Source: Shigella phage Sf21
Reading direction: 5' to 3' (one strand)
Sequence record: MF327007
Length of the DNA: 64,000 nt
Positions 45,822-63,248 of the stretch are shown here, one piece after another. The translations under genes were made by a program, and so were the position numbers. Positions within the stretch are counted from its first letter, which is position 1, and each line of letters starts with the position of its first letter. The notes beneath the pieces are model-generated. The model did not search any database. It was not told the origin of the DNA and saw only the letters and a program-made list of their open reading frames with translations.

Positions 45822-47804
45822 ATGGCAAATACCCCTGTAAATTATCAATTAACAAGAACAGCAAATGCTATTCCCGAGATATTCGTCGGGGGTACATTTG
45901 CTGAAATAAAACAAAACCTCATTGAATGGCTTAATGGCCAAAATGAATTTTTGGATTATGATTTTGAAGGCTCAAGATTAAACGTTCTGTGCGACCTTTT
46001 GGCTTATAATACGCTGTACATTCAACAGTTTGGTAATGCTGCTGTGTATGAAAGCTTTATGCGTACTGCTAACTTACGAAGTTCAGTTGTTCAAGCTGCA
46101 CAAGATAACGGATATTTACCTACTTCAAAATCCGCTGCGCAGACCGAAATTATGTTAACATGCACCGACGCATTGAATAGGAATTACATTACTATTCCTC
46201 GCGGAACTCGCTTTTTAGCATATGCAAAAGATACTTCTGTTAATCCATATAACTTCGTTTCTACCGAAGACGTTATTGCTATTCGTGATAAAAATAACCA
46301 ATATTTTCCGCGTTTAAAATTGGCCCAGGGACGTATAGTAAGAACTGAAATCATTTATGATAAATTAACACCTATTATCATTTATGATAAAAATATTGAT
46401 AGAAACCAGGTTAAATTATACGTTGATGGAGCAGAATGGATTAACTGGACAAGAAAGTCAATGGTTCATGCTGGTTCTACATCGACAATTTACTACATGC
46501 GTGAAACTATTGATGGAAATACTGAATTCTATTTTGGTGAAGGTGAAATTTCTGTTAATGCTTCTGAAGGAGCTTTGACCGCTAATTATATCGGAGGTCT
46601 TAAACCTACTCAGAACTCTACGATTGTTATTGAGTACATCAGTACTAATGGTGCTGACGCGAACGGAGCAGTCGGATTTTCATACGCAGATACATTAACA
46701 AATATAACTGTCATCAATATTAATGAAAATCCAAACGATGACCCAGATTTTGTTGGGGCAGATGGCGGCGGTGATCCAGAAGATATTGAGCGTATCCGCG
46801 AATTGGGTACTATTAAACGCGAAACCCAGCAACGCTGCGTAACTGCGACTGACTATGATACATTCGTTTCAGAGAGATTTGGTTCTATTATTCAAGCAGT
46901 TCAGACTTTCACTGATTCTACTAAACCTGGTTATGCATTTATTGCTGCTAAACCTAAATCAGGTCTGTATTTAACTACTGTACAGCGTGAAGATATTAAA
47001 AATTATCTCAAAGACTATAATTTAGCTCCTATTACGCCATCAATTATTTCTCCTAATTATCTTTTTATTAAGACTAATTTAAAAGTCACATATGCTTTAA
47101 ATAAGCTGCAAGAATCCGAACAGTGGCTCGAAGGTCAAATAATTGATAAAATTGATCGTTATTATACCGAAGACGTAGAAATTTTTAATTCATCTTTCGC
47201 TAAATCTAAGATGTTGACATATGTAGATGATGCAGATCATTCTATCATTGGCTCATCAGCGACAATTCAAATTGTTCGTGAAGTACAAAACTTCTATAAA
47301 ACGCCTGAAGCAGGTATTAAATACAATAATCAAATAAAAGATCGTTCTATGGAATCTAATACGTTTTCATTTAATTCTGGACGAAAGGTTGTAAATCCTG
47401 ATACTGGTTTAGAAGAAGATGTATTATATGACGTTCGCATAGTATCAACAGACCGAGATTCTAAAGGAATTGGTAAAGTTATTATTGGTCCATTTGCTTC
47501 TGGCGATGTTACAGAAAATGAAAACATTCAGCCATATACAGGCAACGATTTTAACAAATTAGCAAATTCTGATGGACGCGACAAATACTATGTTATCGGT
47601 GAAATAAATTATCCAGCTGATGTGATTTATTGGAATATCGCTAAAATTAATTTAACATCTGAAAAATTTGAAGTTCAGACCATCGAATTATATTCTGACC
47701 CAACCGATGATGTTATCTTTACTCGCGACGGTTCACTGATTGTATTTGAAAATGACTTACGTCCACAATACTTAACTATCGATTTGGAGCCTATATCACA
47801 ATGA
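45822..47804 (+). CDS. 6: Baseplate wedge protein gp6
   Basis: 660 aa; synteny 5-6-7-8. Confidence 0.9.
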   Translation: MANTPVNYQLTRTANAIPEIFVGGTFAEIKQNLIEWLNGQNEFLDYDFEGSRLNVLCDLLAYNTLYIQQFGNAAVYESFMRTANLRSSVVQAAQDNGYLPTSKSAAQTEIMLTCTDALNRNYITIPRGTRFLAYAKDTSVNPYNFVSTEDVIAIRDKNNQYFPRLKLAQGRIVRTEIIYDKLTPIIIYDKNIDRNQVKLYVDGAEWINWTRKSMVHAGSTSTIYYMRETIDGNTEFYFGEGEISVNASEGALTANYIGGLKPTQNSTIVIEYISTNGADANGAVGFSYADTLTNITVININENPNDDPDFVGADGGGDPEDIERIRELGTIKRETQQRCVTATDYDTFVSERFGSIIQAVQTFTDSTKPGYAFIAAKPKSGLYLTTVQREDIKNYLKDYNLAPITPSIISPNYLFIKTNLKVTYALNKLQESEQWLEGQIIDKIDRYYTEDVEIFNSSFAKSKMLTYVDDADHSIIGSSATIQIVREVQNFYKTPEAGIKYNNQIKDRSMESNTFSFNSGRKVVNPDTGLEEDVLYDVRIVSTDRDSKGIGKVIIGPFASGDVTENENIQPYTGNDFNKLANSDGRDKYYVIGEINYPADVIYWNIAKINLTSEKFEVQTIELYSDPTDDVIFTRDGSLIVFENDLRPQYLTIDLEPISQ

Positions 47805-50800
47805 CAGTAAAAGCACCTTCAGTCACTAGTCTCAGAATTTCCAAGTTATCCGCAAATCAGGTGCAAGTACGCTGGGATGACGTTGGTGCTAATTTCTACT
47901 ATTTTGTAGAAATCGCTGAGACAAAGACAGACTCGGGGGAAAATCTCCCGAGTAATCAATATAGATGGATTAACTTAGGATATACTGCAAATAACAGCTT
48001 CTTTTTTGACGATGCTGACCCATTGACATCATACATTATTAGAGTAGCTACAGCTGCACAAGATTTTGAGCAGTCTGATTGGATTTATACCGAAGAGTTT
48101 GAAACTTTTGCTACAAATGCTTATACATTTCAAAACATGATTGAAATGCAATTAGCCAATAAATTCATTCAGGAAAAATTTACTCTTAATAATTCTGATT
48201 ATGTTAATTTTAACAATGACACTATAATGGCTGCATTGATGAATGAATCATTTCAATTCAGCCCATCGTATGTTGATGTTTCATCAATAAGTAATTTTAT
48301 TATTGGTGAAAATGAGTATCATGAAATACAAGGTTCTATTCAGCAAGTATGTAAGGATATTAACCGAGTTTATTTGATGGAATCAGAAGGAATTCTATAT
48401 CTTTTTGAGCGCTATCAACCTGTAGTTAAAGTATCCAATGATAAAGGACAAACCTGGAAAGCCGTAAAGCTCTTCAATGACCGTGTAGGATATCCTTTAT
48501 CTAAGACAGTATATTACCAATCTGCGAACACAACATACGTTCTAGGATACGACAAGATTTTCTATGGCCGTAAATCGACTGACGTTAGATGGTCAGCAGA
48601 TGATGTCAGATTCAGTTCGCAGGATATAACATTTGCTAAACTTGGCGACCAGTTACATTTAGGATTTGATGTAGAAATCTTTGGTACTTATGCGACTTTA
48701 CCAGCGAATGTATATCGTATAGCTGAAGCCATTACTTGTACGGATGATTATATCTATGTTGTTGCCAGAGATAAAGTTAGATATATAAAAACGAGCAATG
48801 CACCTATAGATTCTGATCCATTATCTCCAACATATTCGGAAAGGCTATTTGAACCTGATACAATGACTATAACTGGAAATCCTAAAGCAGTATGCTATAA
48901 AATGGATTCTATTGGTGATAAAGTTTTTGCTCTTATTATCGGTGAAGTTGAAACATTAAATGCTAATCCTAGAACGTCAAAAATAATTGATTCTACTGAT
49001 AAAGGAATATATGTTTTAAATCATGACACAAAAACGTGGAAAAGAGTTTTTGGCAACACTGAAGAAGAAAGAAGACGTATTCAACCTGGGTATGCGAATA
49101 TGTCAACTGATGGTAAATTAGTTTCTCTATCTTCGAGTAATTTTAAATTTTTAAATGATAACGTTGTTAATGACCCTGAAACTGTAGCAAAATATCAGTT
49201 AATCGGTGCCGTTAAATATGAATTTCCTCGTGAATGGTTAGCTGATAAGCATTATCATATGATGGCATTTATAGCAGATGAAAAGTCTGATTGGGAAACT
49301 TTTACGCCTCAGCCAATGAAATACTATGCAGAACCATTCTTTAACTGGTCTAAAAAGTCTAATACACGGTGCTGGATAAACAACTCTAATAGAGCTGTAG
49401 TAGTTTATGCTGATTTAAAATACACTAAAGTTATAGAAAATATTCCGGAAACATCACCAGATAGATTAGTTCATGAATACTGGGATGATGGTGATTGTAC
49501 GATAGTAATGCCAAATGTTAAATTCACGGGATTTAAAAAATATGCGTCTGGGATGCTTTTTTATAAATCTTCTGGTGAAATAATTTCTTATTATGATTTT
49601 AACTATCGTGTGAGAGATACAGTAGAAATTATTTGGAAGCCGACTGGAGTATTTTTAAAAGCATTTTTACAAAACCAAGAGCATGAGACTCCTTGGTCAC
49701 CAGAAGAAGAGCATGGATTAGCTGACCCTGATTTAAGACCATTAATTGGCACAATGATGCCTGATTCTTATTTGTTGCAGGATTCGAATTTTGAGGCATT
49801 TTGCGAAGCATATATTCAGTATCTTTCTGATGGATATGGAACTCAGTATAACAATTTACGAAATTTAATTCGTAATCAGTATCCACGAGAAGAGCATGCA
49901 TGGGAATATTTGTGGTCAGAGATATATAAAAGAAACATTTATTTGAACGCGGATAAGCGAGATGCTGTTGCAAGATTTTTTGAATCACGTAGCTATGATT
50001 TTTATTCTACTAAAGGAATTGAAGCATCATACAAGTTTCTTTTTAAAGTTCTTTATAATGAAGAAGTTGAAATTGAAATTGAATCTGGGGCTGGTACTGA
50101 ATATGACATAATCGTTCAATCTGATTCTTTGACTGAAGATTTAGTAGGACAAACGATTTATACAGCCACAGGAAGATGTAATGTTACTTATATAGAAAGA
50201 AGTTATTCTAATGGTAAATTGCAATGGACCGTAACTATTCATAATCTTTTGGGAAGATTAATTGCTGGTCAAGAAGTTAAAGCAGAAAGACTCCCTAGTT
50301 TTGAAGGCGAAATTATTCGTGGAGTTAAAGGAAAGGATTTGCTTCAAAACAATATAGACTATATTAATAGAAGTAGATCATACTATGTAATGAAAATTAA
50401 ATCCAATTTACCTTCTTCCCGCTGGAAATCTGACGTTATTCGTTTTGTTCATCCAGTAGGATTTGGATTTATAGCAATTACCCTTTTAACGATGTTTATT
50501 AATGTTGGTTTAACTCTTAAACATACAGAGACTATAATTAATAAATACAAAAACTATAAATGGGATTCTGGATTGCCTACTGAATATGCTGATAGAGTAG
50601 CTAAATTAACTCCAACTGGTGAAATTGAACATGATTCAGTAACAGGAGAAGCAATTTATGAACCTGGCCCAATGGCTGGTGTAAAATATCCTCTTCCTAA
50701 TGACTATAATGCTGAAAATAATAATTCAATATTTCAAGGTCAATTGCCTTCTGAACGACGCAAGTTAATGAGTCCCCTATTTGATGCTTCTGGAACAACA

Positions 50801-50899
50801 TTTGCGCAATTTAGGGATTTAGTTAATAAACGTCTAAAAGATAATATAGGAAATCCAAGAGACCCTGAAAATCCAACACAGGTTAAAATAGATGAATGA
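47801..50899 (+). CDS. 7: Baseplate wedge protein gp7
   Basis: 1032 aa; start overlaps gene 6 stop. Confidence 0.9.
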   Translation: MTVKAPSVTSLRISKLSANQVQVRWDDVGANFYYFVEIAETKTDSGENLPSNQYRWINLGYTANNSFFFDDADPLTSYIIRVATAAQDFEQSDWIYTEEFETFATNAYTFQNMIEMQLANKFIQEKFTLNNSDYVNFNNDTIMAALMNESFQFSPSYVDVSSISNFIIGENEYHEIQGSIQQVCKDINRVYLMESEGILYLFERYQPVVKVSNDKGQTWKAVKLFNDRVGYPLSKTVYYQSANTTYVLGYDKIFYGRKSTDVRWSADDVRFSSQDITFAKLGDQLHLGFDVEIFGTYATLPANVYRIAEAITCTDDYIYVVARDKVRYIKTSNAPIDSDPLSPTYSERLFEPDTMTITGNPKAVCYKMDSIGDKVFALIIGEVETLNANPRTSKIIDSTDKGIYVLNHDTKTWKRVFGNTEEERRRIQPGYANMSTDGKLVSLSSSNFKFLNDNVVNDPETVAKYQLIGAVKYEFPREWLADKHYHMMAFIADEKSDWETFTPQPMKYYAEPFFNWSKKSNTRCWINNSNRAVVVYADLKYTKVIENIPETSPDRLVHEYWDDGDCTIVMPNVKFTGFKKYASGMLFYKSSGEIISYYDFNYRVRDTVEIIWKPTGVFLKAFLQNQEHETPWSPEEEHGLADPDLRPLIGTMMPDSYLLQDSNFEAFCEAYIQYLSDGYGTQYNNLRNLIRNQYPREEHAWEYLWSEIYKRNIYLNADKRDAVARFFESRSYDFYSTKGIEASYKFLFKVLYNEEVEIEIESGAGTEYDIIVQSDSLTEDLVGQTIYTATGRCNVTYIERSYSNGKLQWTVTIHNLLGRLIAGQEVKAERLPSFEGEIIRGVKGKDLLQNNIDYINRSRSYYVMKIKSNLPSSRWKSDVIRFVHPVGFGFIAITLLTMFINVGLTLKHTETIINKYKNYKWDSGLPTEYADRVAKLTPTGEIEHDSVTGEAIYEPGPMAGVKYPLPNDYNAENNNSIFQGQLPSERRKLMSPLFDASGTTFAQFRDLVNKRLKDNIGNPRDPENPTQVKIDE

Positions 50900-51896
50900 T
50901 TCAAGTGTTATCTATCGTGCGATAGTTACTTCAAAATTTAGAACAGAAAAAATGTTGAATTTTTATAATTCAATTGGAAGTGGTCCGGATAAAAACACTA
51001 TCTTTATCACATTTGGAAGATCAGAACCGTGGTCATCAAATGAAAATGAGGTGGGCTTTGCCCCACCTTATCCAACCGATTCTGTATTAGGCGTAACTGA
51101 CATGTGGACGCATATGATGGGAACAGTAAAGGTTCTTCCATCAATGCTTGATGCGGTTATTCCTCGTAGAGATTGGGGAGATACTAGATATCCGGATCCA
51201 TACACATTTAGAATTAACGATATTGTAGTATGTAACTCAGCTCCTTACAATGCTACTGAATCAGGCGCAGGATGGCTAGTATATCGTTGTTTAGATGTTC
51301 CTGATACTGGAATGTGTTCAATCGCATCTTTAACTGATAAGGATGAATGCCTTAAATTAGGTGGAAAATGGACACCTTCTGTTAGGTCAATGACTCCTCC
51401 TGAAGGTCGAGGAGACGCGGAAGGAACAATCGAACCTGGAGACGGATATGTTTGGGAATATCTTTTTGAGATTCCGCCTGATGTATCTATAAATAGATGC
51501 ACAAATGAATATATCGTAGTTCCTTGGCCTGAGGAATTAAAAGAAGACCCAACTAGATGGGGGTATGAAGATAATCTCACTTGGCAACAAGATGATTTTG
51601 GATTAATTTATCGCGTTAAGGCAAACACTATACGTTTTAAAGCATATTTAGATTCAGTTTACTTTCCTGATGCTGCATTACCGGGAAATAAAGGATTTAG
51701 ACAAATATCAATAATCACCAATCCTCTTGAAGCTAAAGTTCATCCAAATGACCCAAACGTTAAAGCTGAAAAGGATTATTATGATCCGGAAGATTTAATG
51801 AGGCATTCGGGCGAAATGATTTATATGGAAAATAGGCCACCTATTATCATGGCAATGGATCAGACAGAAGAAATCAATATTCTGTTTACATTTTAA
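50892..51896 (+). CDS. 8: Baseplate wedge protein gp8
   Basis: 334 aa; followed by a perfect palindromic terminator. Confidence 0.9.
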   Translation: MNDSSVIYRAIVTSKFRTEKMLNFYNSIGSGPDKNTIFITFGRSEPWSSNENEVGFAPPYPTDSVLGVTDMWTHMMGTVKVLPSMLDAVIPRRDWGDTRYPDPYTFRINDIVVCNSAPYNATESGAGWLVYRCLDVPDTGMCSIASLTDKDECLKLGGKWTPSVRSMTPPEGRGDAEGTIEPGDGYVWEYLFEIPPDVSINRCTNEYIVVPWPEELKEDPTRWGYEDNLTWQQDDFGLIYRVKANTIRFKAYLDSVYFPDAALPGNKGFRQISIITNPLEAKVHPNDPNVKAEKDYYDPEDLMRHSGEMIYMENRPPIIMAMDQTEEINILFTF

Positions 51897-51900
51897 ATTA

Positions 51901-51926
51901 AGGGAGCCCATGGGCTCCCTTTTTCT
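51901..51926 (+). terminator. Rho-independent terminator after gene 8
   Basis: Perfect palindrome GGGAGCCCATGGGCTCCC followed by TTTTTC. Confidence 0.75.
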
Positions 51927-51927
51927 T

Positions 51928-51935
51928 TATAAATA
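51928..51935 (+). promoter_or_regulatory. Late promoter (TATAAATA) for gene 9
   Basis: Exact TATAAATA 25 nt upstream of ATG 51960, directly after the gene 8 terminator. Confidence 0.7.
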
Positions 51936-51959
51936 CTATAAACTCATAAGGAAACCGCT

Positions 51960-52826
51960 ATGTTCATTCAAGAACCAAAGAAATTGATTGATACCGGCGA
52001 AATTGGTAACGCTTCTACTGGTGATATCTTATTCGACGGTGGTAATAAAATTAATAGTGATTTTAACGCAATTTATAATGCGTTTGGCGATCAGCGTAAA
52101 ATGGCAGTAGCAAATGGCACTGGAGCAGATGGTCAAATTATCCATGCTACTGGATATTATCAAAAGCACTCTATCGCGGAGTACGCAACTCCAGTGAAAG
52201 TTGGCACTAGACATGATATTGATACCTCTACTGTAGGTGTTAAAGTTATTATTGAAAGAGGAGAACTTGGCGATTGTGTTGAATTCATTAACTCTAATGG
52301 ATCAATATCAGTTACTAATCCTTTAACGATTCAGGCTATTGATTCAATTAAAGGTGTTTCGGGTAATTTGGTAGTAACTAGCCCATATAGTAAAGTTACT
52401 TTACGTTGTATTTCATCTGATAATTCTACGTCAGTTTGGAATTATTCTATTGAAAGTATGTTTGGCCAAAAGGAATCACCGGCCGAAGGTACATGGAATA
52501 TTTCTACATCTGGGTCAGTTGACATTCCATTGTTTCATCGTACTGAATATAACATGGCTAAATTGTTAGTTACATGCCAATCAGTAGATGGAAGAAAAAT
52601 TAAAACGGCAGAAATAAATATTCTTGTAGATACTGTTAATTCAGCGGTCATTTCTTCTGAATATGCTGTCATGCGAGTTGGGAATGAAACTGAAGAAGAC
52701 GAAATCGCTAATATTGCATTTAGTATTAAAACAAATTATGTAACAGCGACTATAAGTTCTTCAACTGTCGGTATGAGAGCAGCAGTTAAAGTTATCGCTA
52801 CGCAGAAAATCGGGGTGGCTCAATAA
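51960..52826 (+). CDS. 9: Baseplate protein gp9 (long tail fibre socket)
   Basis: 288 aa; TATAAATA late promoter upstream. Confidence 0.9.
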   Translation: MFIQEPKKLIDTGEIGNASTGDILFDGGNKINSDFNAIYNAFGDQRKMAVANGTGADGQIIHATGYYQKHSIAEYATPVKVGTRHDIDTSTVGVKVIIERGELGDCVEFINSNGSISVTNPLTIQAIDSIKGVSGNLVVTSPYSKVTLRCISSDNSTSVWNYSIESMFGQKESPAEGTWNISTSGSVDIPLFHRTEYNMAKLLVTCQSVDGRKIKTAEINILVDTVNSAVISSEYAVMRVGNETEEDEIANIAFSIKTNYVTATISSSTVGMRAAVKVIATQKIGVAQ

Positions 52827-54631
52827 TGAAACAAAATATTAATATCGGTAATGTTGTTGATGATGGTACCGGTGACTACCTGCGTAAAGGTGGTATAAAA
52901 ATAAATGAAAACTTTGATGAACTTTATTATGAACTTGGCGATGGAGATGTTCCATATTCAGCCGGTGCCTGGAAAACTTATAATGCTTCATCCGGTCAAA
53001 CATTAAAAGCTAAGTGGGGAAAATCATACGCTATTAATACCTCTTCTGGAAGAGTAACTTTACAACTTCCTAAAGGAACTGTTAATGATTATAATAAAGT
53101 AATTAGAGCTAGGGATGTATTTGCAACATGGAACATTAATCCAGTTACTTTAGTAGCTGCTTCTGGGGATACAATTAAAGGGTCGTCATCGTCAGTTGAA
53201 ATTAATATTCAATTTAGTGATTTAGAGCTCGTTTATTGCGCTCCAGGACGTTGGGAGTATGTCAAAAACAAACAAATTGATAAAATTATTAGTTCAGATA
53301 TTAGTAATGTAGCTCGCAAAGAATTTTTAGTAGAAGTTCAAGGACAAACTGACTTTTTAGATGTTTTCCATGGAACTAGTTATAATGTCAATAACATCAG
53401 AGTAAAACACCGCGGTAACGAATTATATTACGGCGATGTATTTAGTGAAAACAGTGACTTTGGCTCTCCTGGGGAAAATGAAGGAGAATTAATTCCTCTT
53501 GATGGATTTAATATTAGGTTAAGACAGCCTTGTAATATTGGCGACACTGTTCAAATTGAAACGTTTATGGATGGTGTATCACAATGGAGAAGTTCATATA
53601 CAAGACGCCAAATAAAAGTGCTAGATTCAAAACTAACATCAAAGACTTCTTTAGAAGGAAGCATTTATGTTACTGATTTATCGGCGATGAAATCAATTCC
53701 ATTTTCAGCTTTTGGATTAATTCCTGGCGAACCCATTAATCCTAATTCTCTTGAGGTTCGTTTTAATGGAATTTTACAGCAACAGGCTGGAACAGCTGGG
53801 TATCCTCTGTTTTTGTGCGAAGGCGCTAATTCAGATACGCAAGAAGGATGTATATCTCTTGGTGGCGAATGGAAAGAATCAAACACAGATTATTCTATAG
53901 AATATGAAGATGGAAAACCTACCAGTCTTTTATTTGATAGAAAATTTGAATCAGGCGATATAATCGTTATAACGTGGTTCAATAATGATTTAGGAACTCT
54001 TTTAGAAAAAGATGACATCATTGAATTGACTGATGACCGTTATGTTAGCAAAGGATCGTCTACCGAAGTTACTGGCGATGTAGCCTTAACAGATTTTGAT
54101 AAAATTGGCTGGCCAAATGTTGAAAAAGTTGATTCTTATACTAGAACGTATAATTCAATATCATCTATTTTCGATAGCATTTATCCTGTAGGTTCAATTT
54201 ATGAAAATGCTATAAACCCAAATAATCCGGTGACTTATATGGGGTTTGGTTCGTGGAAATTATTTGGTAAAGGACAAGTTTTAGTAGGATGGAATGATGA
54301 TGTTACAGATCCAAACTTTGCATTAAACAATAATGATTTAGATTCTAGCGGAAATCCTTCACACACTGCCGGTGGAACAGTTGGAACAACGTCAGTAACG
54401 CTTGAAAATGCAAATCTTCCTGCGACTAAAACTGACGAAAGAGTTTTAATTGAAGATGAAAATGGATCAGTTATTATTGGAGGTTGTCAATATGACCCAG
54501 ATGAAACTGGTCCTATATATACAAAATATCGTGAAGACTATGCAACAACAAACTCTTCACATACTCCTCCTACTAATATTAGTAATATTCAACCGTCTAT
54601 TACTGTATACCGTTGGATAAGGATTGCATAA
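52826..54631 (+). CDS. 10: Baseplate protein gp10
   Basis: 601 aa; TAATG overlap with gene 11. Confidence 0.9.
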   Translation: MKQNINIGNVVDDGTGDYLRKGGIKINENFDELYYELGDGDVPYSAGAWKTYNASSGQTLKAKWGKSYAINTSSGRVTLQLPKGTVNDYNKVIRARDVFATWNINPVTLVAASGDTIKGSSSSVEINIQFSDLELVYCAPGRWEYVKNKQIDKIISSDISNVARKEFLVEVQGQTDFLDVFHGTSYNVNNIRVKHRGNELYYGDVFSENSDFGSPGENEGELIPLDGFNIRLRQPCNIGDTVQIETFMDGVSQWRSSYTRRQIKVLDSKLTSKTSLEGSIYVTDLSAMKSIPFSAFGLIPGEPINPNSLEVRFNGILQQQAGTAGYPLFLCEGANSDTQEGCISLGGEWKESNTDYSIEYEDGKPTSLLFDRKFESGDIIVITWFNNDLGTLLEKDDIIELTDDRYVSKGSSTEVTGDVALTDFDKIGWPNVEKVDSYTRTYNSISSIFDSIYPVGSIYENAINPNNPVTYMGFGSWKLFGKGQVLVGWNDDVTDPNFALNNNDLDSSGNPSHTAGGTVGTTSVTLENANLPATKTDERVLIEDENGSVIIGGCQYDPDETGPIYTKYREDYATTNSSHTPPTNISNIQPSITVYRWIRIA

Positions 54632-55290
54632 TGAGTTTACTTAATAATAAAGCGGGAGTTATTTCCCGCTTAGCGGATTTTCTTGGTTTTAGAACTAAGA
54701 AAAATGATATTTCGATTATGAATAATCAGCCAGTAGGCGCTGTAACAATTTCACAAATATCAAAAGGTTTTTATGATTCAAATGTAGAATCTGCTATCAA
54801 TGACGTTAGAAATATGGCAGAGCAACCGGTTGGAGCTGTATTAGTTAATATAAGCGGCGTATCTCCTACTGGCGTGCAACAAACCGACTATTGGTCATTT
54901 GAAGGAACTGTTACTGATACTTCAGTCAAATCAGGTGACCCAGTTATTGTTAACATGTTTGGTATTCCAGTTAAAGCTACTAATGGAATGACTTCAATTG
55001 AATTTACTAGTGCCGTTAGAATAGCTCTACAGGAAATGGTTGTAAAATTTATTGCAATTGATTCATTTGAAGACCATCCTACCATAGGAAATAAAATACA
55101 AGTTAAGTATTTAGATAACCAAGAACATATCTTAGAACAATACTCTGATAAAGGAATTACTTTCAAACAGGAAATAATTTCTCCTTCTAAACCTGGGTAT
55201 GGAACTTGGCAATTATTAGGTGCGCAAACTGTTACGCTAGATAGTCACACACAACCTACAGTATTTTATTATTTTGAGAGAGTAGCATGA
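54631..55290 (+). CDS. 11: Baseplate protein gp11 (short tail fibre attachment)
   Basis: 219 aa from [20 protein letters not shown]; start set at the ATG overlapping the gene 10 stop. Confidence 0.9.
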   Translation: MSLLNNKAGVISRLADFLGFRTKKNDISIMNNQPVGAVTISQISKGFYDSNVESAINDVRNMAEQPVGAVLVNISGVSPTGVQQTDYWSFEGTVTDTSVKSGDPVIVNMFGIPVKATNGMTSIEFTSAVRIALQEMVVKFIAIDSFEDHPTIGNKIQVKYLDNQEHILEQYSDKGITFKQEIISPSKPGYGTWQLLGAQTVTLDSHTQPTVFYYFERVA

Positions 55291-56837
55291 GTAACAATAC
55301 ATATCAGCACGTATCAAATGAATCAAAATATGTTAAATTCGATCCTACTGGATCGAATTTTCCTGGCACTGTTACGACAGTACAGTCTGCATTATCAAAA
55401 ATAAGTAATATCGGCGTAAATGGTATTCCTGATGCAACTATGGAAGTTAAAGGAATAGCAATGATTGCGTCAGAACAAGAGGTTTTAGATGGAACTAATA
55501 ACTCTAAAATCGTTACACCAGCTACATTAGCAACAAGATTATTGTATCCAAATGCTACTGAAACTAAATATGGTTTAACGCGTTATTCAACAAATGAAGA
55601 AACATTAAAAGGCTCAGATAATAATTCATCAATAACACCACAAAAACTGAAATACCACACTGACGATGTGTTCAAAAATAGATATTCGTCTGAGTCATCA
55701 AACGGGGTTATTAAAATATCATCTACACCTGCAGCTTTGGCTGGAGTTGATGATACTACTGCGATGACTCCGCTAAAAACCCAAAAACTTGCAATAAAAT
55801 TAATTTCGCAAATAGCTCCTTCAGAAGACACTGCAACAGAATCGGTGAGAGGAGTAGTTCAATTATCTACTGTTGCACAAATTCGTCAAGGAACTCTCCG
55901 CGAAGGATATGCAATTTCCCCGTATACCTTTATGAATTCTGTTGCAACACATGAATATAAGGGTGTTATACGCCTAGGAACGCAGACTGAAATTAATAAT
56001 AATTTGGGTGGTGTTGCAGTAACAGGTGAAACACTAAATGGTCGAGGAGCTACCGGTTCTATGCGTGGAGTAGTTAAATTAACGACGCAAGCCGGTATTG
56101 CCCCTGAAGGTGATAGCTCTGGAGCATTAGCATGGAACGCAGATGTAATTAATACTCGTGGTGGACAAACTATTAATGGTTCTTTAAATTTAGACCATCT
56201 TACAGCAAATGGAATTTGGTCACGCGGTGGAATGTGGAAAAATGGCGATCAACCTGTTGCCACTGAAAGATATGCGTCCGAACGAGTTCCGGTTGGAACT
56301 ATTATGATGTTTGCGGGTGATTCAGCACCTCCAGGTTGGATTATGTGTCATGGTGGAACCGTGTCAGGTGACCAATTTCCTGATTATAGAAACGTAGTTG
56401 GAACAAGATTTGGTGGCGATTGGAATAATCCTGGCGTTCCTGATATGCGGGGTCTTTTCGTCAGAGGAGCCGGCACAGGCGGTCATATTTTAAATCAACG
56501 TGGACAAGATGGCTATGGAAAGGATAGACTGGGCGTAGGATGTGACGGAATGCATGTTGGTGGTGTTCAGGCACAACAAATGTCATACCATAAACATGCT
56601 GGTGGTTGGGGTGAATATAACAGAAGTGAAGGCCCATTTGGCGCGTCAGTTTATCAAGGATATCTTGGAACTAGAAAATATTCCGACTGGGATAATGCTT
56701 CATACTTCACTAATGATGGATTTGAATTAGGTGGACCGAGAGATGCTCATGGTACACTTAATCGTGAAGGATTAATTGGTTATGAAACTAGACCATGGAA
56801 TATATCATTAAACTATATTATTAAAGTTCATTACTAA
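55287..56837 (+). CDS. 12: Short tail fibre gp12
   Basis: 516 aa; synteny 11-12-wac. Confidence 0.9.
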   Translation: MSNNTYQHVSNESKYVKFDPTGSNFPGTVTTVQSALSKISNIGVNGIPDATMEVKGIAMIASEQEVLDGTNNSKIVTPATLATRLLYPNATETKYGLTRYSTNEETLKGSDNNSSITPQKLKYHTDDVFKNRYSSESSNGVIKISSTPAALAGVDDTTAMTPLKTQKLAIKLISQIAPSEDTATESVRGVVQLSTVAQIRQGTLREGYAISPYTFMNSVATHEYKGVIRLGTQTEINNNLGGVAVTGETLNGRGATGSMRGVVKLTTQAGIAPEGDSSGALAWNADVINTRGGQTINGSLNLDHLTANGIWSRGGMWKNGDQPVATERYASERVPVGTIMMFAGDSAPPGWIMCHGGTVSGDQFPDYRNVVGTRFGGDWNNPGVPDMRGLFVRGAGTGGHILNQRGQDGYGKDRLGVGCDGMHVGGVQAQQMSYHKHAGGWGEYNRSEGPFGASVYQGYLGTRKYSDWDNASYFTNDGFELGGPRDAHGTLNREGLIGYETRPWNISLNYIIKVHY

Positions 56838-56846
56838 GGATTACAA

Positions 56847-58304
56847 ATGATTGAATTAAAAGAGTTACCTTTTGTTGATAGCGTTCCTGACGAAGGTCAG
56901 GAACGTATTTCATGGATTAAAAATGGTGAAGAAATATTAGGAGCTAGTACTAAGTATGGAAATGATGGATCAATGAATAGACCAATTGTTTCCGTGTTTA
57001 AAAACGTCGAAGTTCTTGATGAAAATGTGGGAATTCTTAAAACTGCCATTGAAACATCACAGAAAGATATTAAAACAATTCAAGGAGTTTTAGATGTATC
57101 AGGAGATATAGAAGCACTATCGCAGATCAGTGTTAATAAAAATGACATATCGAATTTAAAGACACTTACCAGTGAACACACTGATATATTAACTGGAACC
57201 AATAATACAGTTGACAAAATTATTGCTGATATAGGTCCATTTAATGATGAAGAAAACTCTGTTTATAGAACAATTAGAAATGATTTATTGTGGATTAAAC
57301 AGGAATTAGGACAATATTCTGGCCAAGACATTAACGGTCTTCCTGTTGTTGGTAATGCTAGCACAGGAATGAAACACAGAATAATAACAAATAGTACATT
57401 ATTATCTTCACAGGGCATTCGTTTAAGCGAATTAGAAAATAAATTTACTGAATCTGACGTAGGATCATTAACTGTTGAAGTTGGTAAATTACGTGATGAA
57501 CTTGGTAATAAACCGGTAGATTTTGGACCAAATATTTATAATAGATTAAACACTATAGATGATAAACAAACTTTAATAAATTCTGATATAGCAGAAATTA
57601 AATCTTCTATTGGATACCCAGAAAATGTTTCTATAATAACAGAAATTAATAATAACAAAAGTAGCATTGAAGCTATTAATAATGAATTAAATCAGAGTGA
57701 AGGTGTTAAACAACGCTTAACGGCTATTGAAACTTCTATAGGTTCAGATGATATTCCTTCTAGCATTAAAGGAAAAATTAAAAATCACACAACTTCTATT
57801 GAGTCTTTAAACGGAATTGTTGGTGAAAACACTTCGTCTGGTTTAAGAGCGAATGTTTCGTGGTTAAATCAAATTGTTGGAACTGACTCCAGCGGAGGAC
57901 AACCGTCTCCTTCTGGATCTCTATTAAATAAAGTTTCAGTGCTTGAAGGAGAAGTTTCAGTTTTAAACAATAATGTTCAAAATATACAAGTTGAAATAGG
58001 AAATAATAGAACAGGAATTAAAGGTCAAGTTATTGAACTTACTTCACTTATAAATGGAAATAATCCTGACGGATCAACTGTTGAAGAACGAGGATTAACT
58101 AATTCTGTAAAAACGAATGAAACCAACATTGCGGCAGTCACACATGAAGTAAATACAGCTAAAGACAATATATCCTCTTTACAGAGCAGCGTTCAAGCTC
58201 TACAAGAAGCAGGTTATATTCCTGAAGCTCCAAAAGATGGCCAAGCTTACGTTCGTAAAGACGGCGAATGGGTACTACTTTCTACCTTTTTATCACCAGC
58301 ATAA
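56847..58304 (+). CDS. wac: Fibritin (whiskers, neck)
   Basis: 485 aa; coiled-coil repeats; C-terminal foldon-like [27 protein letters not shown]. Confidence 0.92.
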   Translation: MIELKELPFVDSVPDEGQERISWIKNGEEILGASTKYGNDGSMNRPIVSVFKNVEVLDENVGILKTAIETSQKDIKTIQGVLDVSGDIEALSQISVNKNDISNLKTLTSEHTDILTGTNNTVDKIIADIGPFNDEENSVYRTIRNDLLWIKQELGQYSGQDINGLPVVGNASTGMKHRIITNSTLLSSQGIRLSELENKFTESDVGSLTVEVGKLRDELGNKPVDFGPNIYNRLNTIDDKQTLINSDIAEIKSSIGYPENVSIITEINNNKSSIEAINNELNQSEGVKQRLTAIETSIGSDDIPSSIKGKIKNHTTSIESLNGIVGENTSSGLRANVSWLNQIVGTDSSGGQPSPSGSLLNKVSVLEGEVSVLNNNVQNIQVEIGNNRTGIKGQVIELTSLINGNNPDGSTVEERGLTNSVKTNETNIAAVTHEVNTAKDNISSLQSSVQALQEAGYIPEAPKDGQAYVRKDGEWVLLSTFLSPA

Positions 58305-58308
58305 CATG

Positions 58309-58324
58309 GGGGCCGCAAGGCCCC
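58309..58324 (+). terminator. Stable GNRA-type hairpin after wac
   Basis: GGGGCC-GCAA-GGCCCC; no clear U-run, may be a stabiliser rather than a terminator. Confidence 0.45.
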
Positions 58325-58336
58325 AAAGGATTTTAA

Positions 58337-60038
<1,702 letters not shown>

Positions 60039-60079
60039 TAAATATTATAAACTAATTAAAGCCCAGATTAGGAGAAATC

Positions 60080-63220
<3,141 letters not shown>

Positions 63221-63248
63221 TATTAAAGCATATTAAAGAGGATTAAAA

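Noticed and set aside
46350-46390. Short in-frame repeat in gene 6 (IIYDKLTPIIIYDKN)
   Set aside because: Only about 20 nt of imperfect repetition, it keeps the reading frame and leaves gp6 at the expected 660 aa; likely native.
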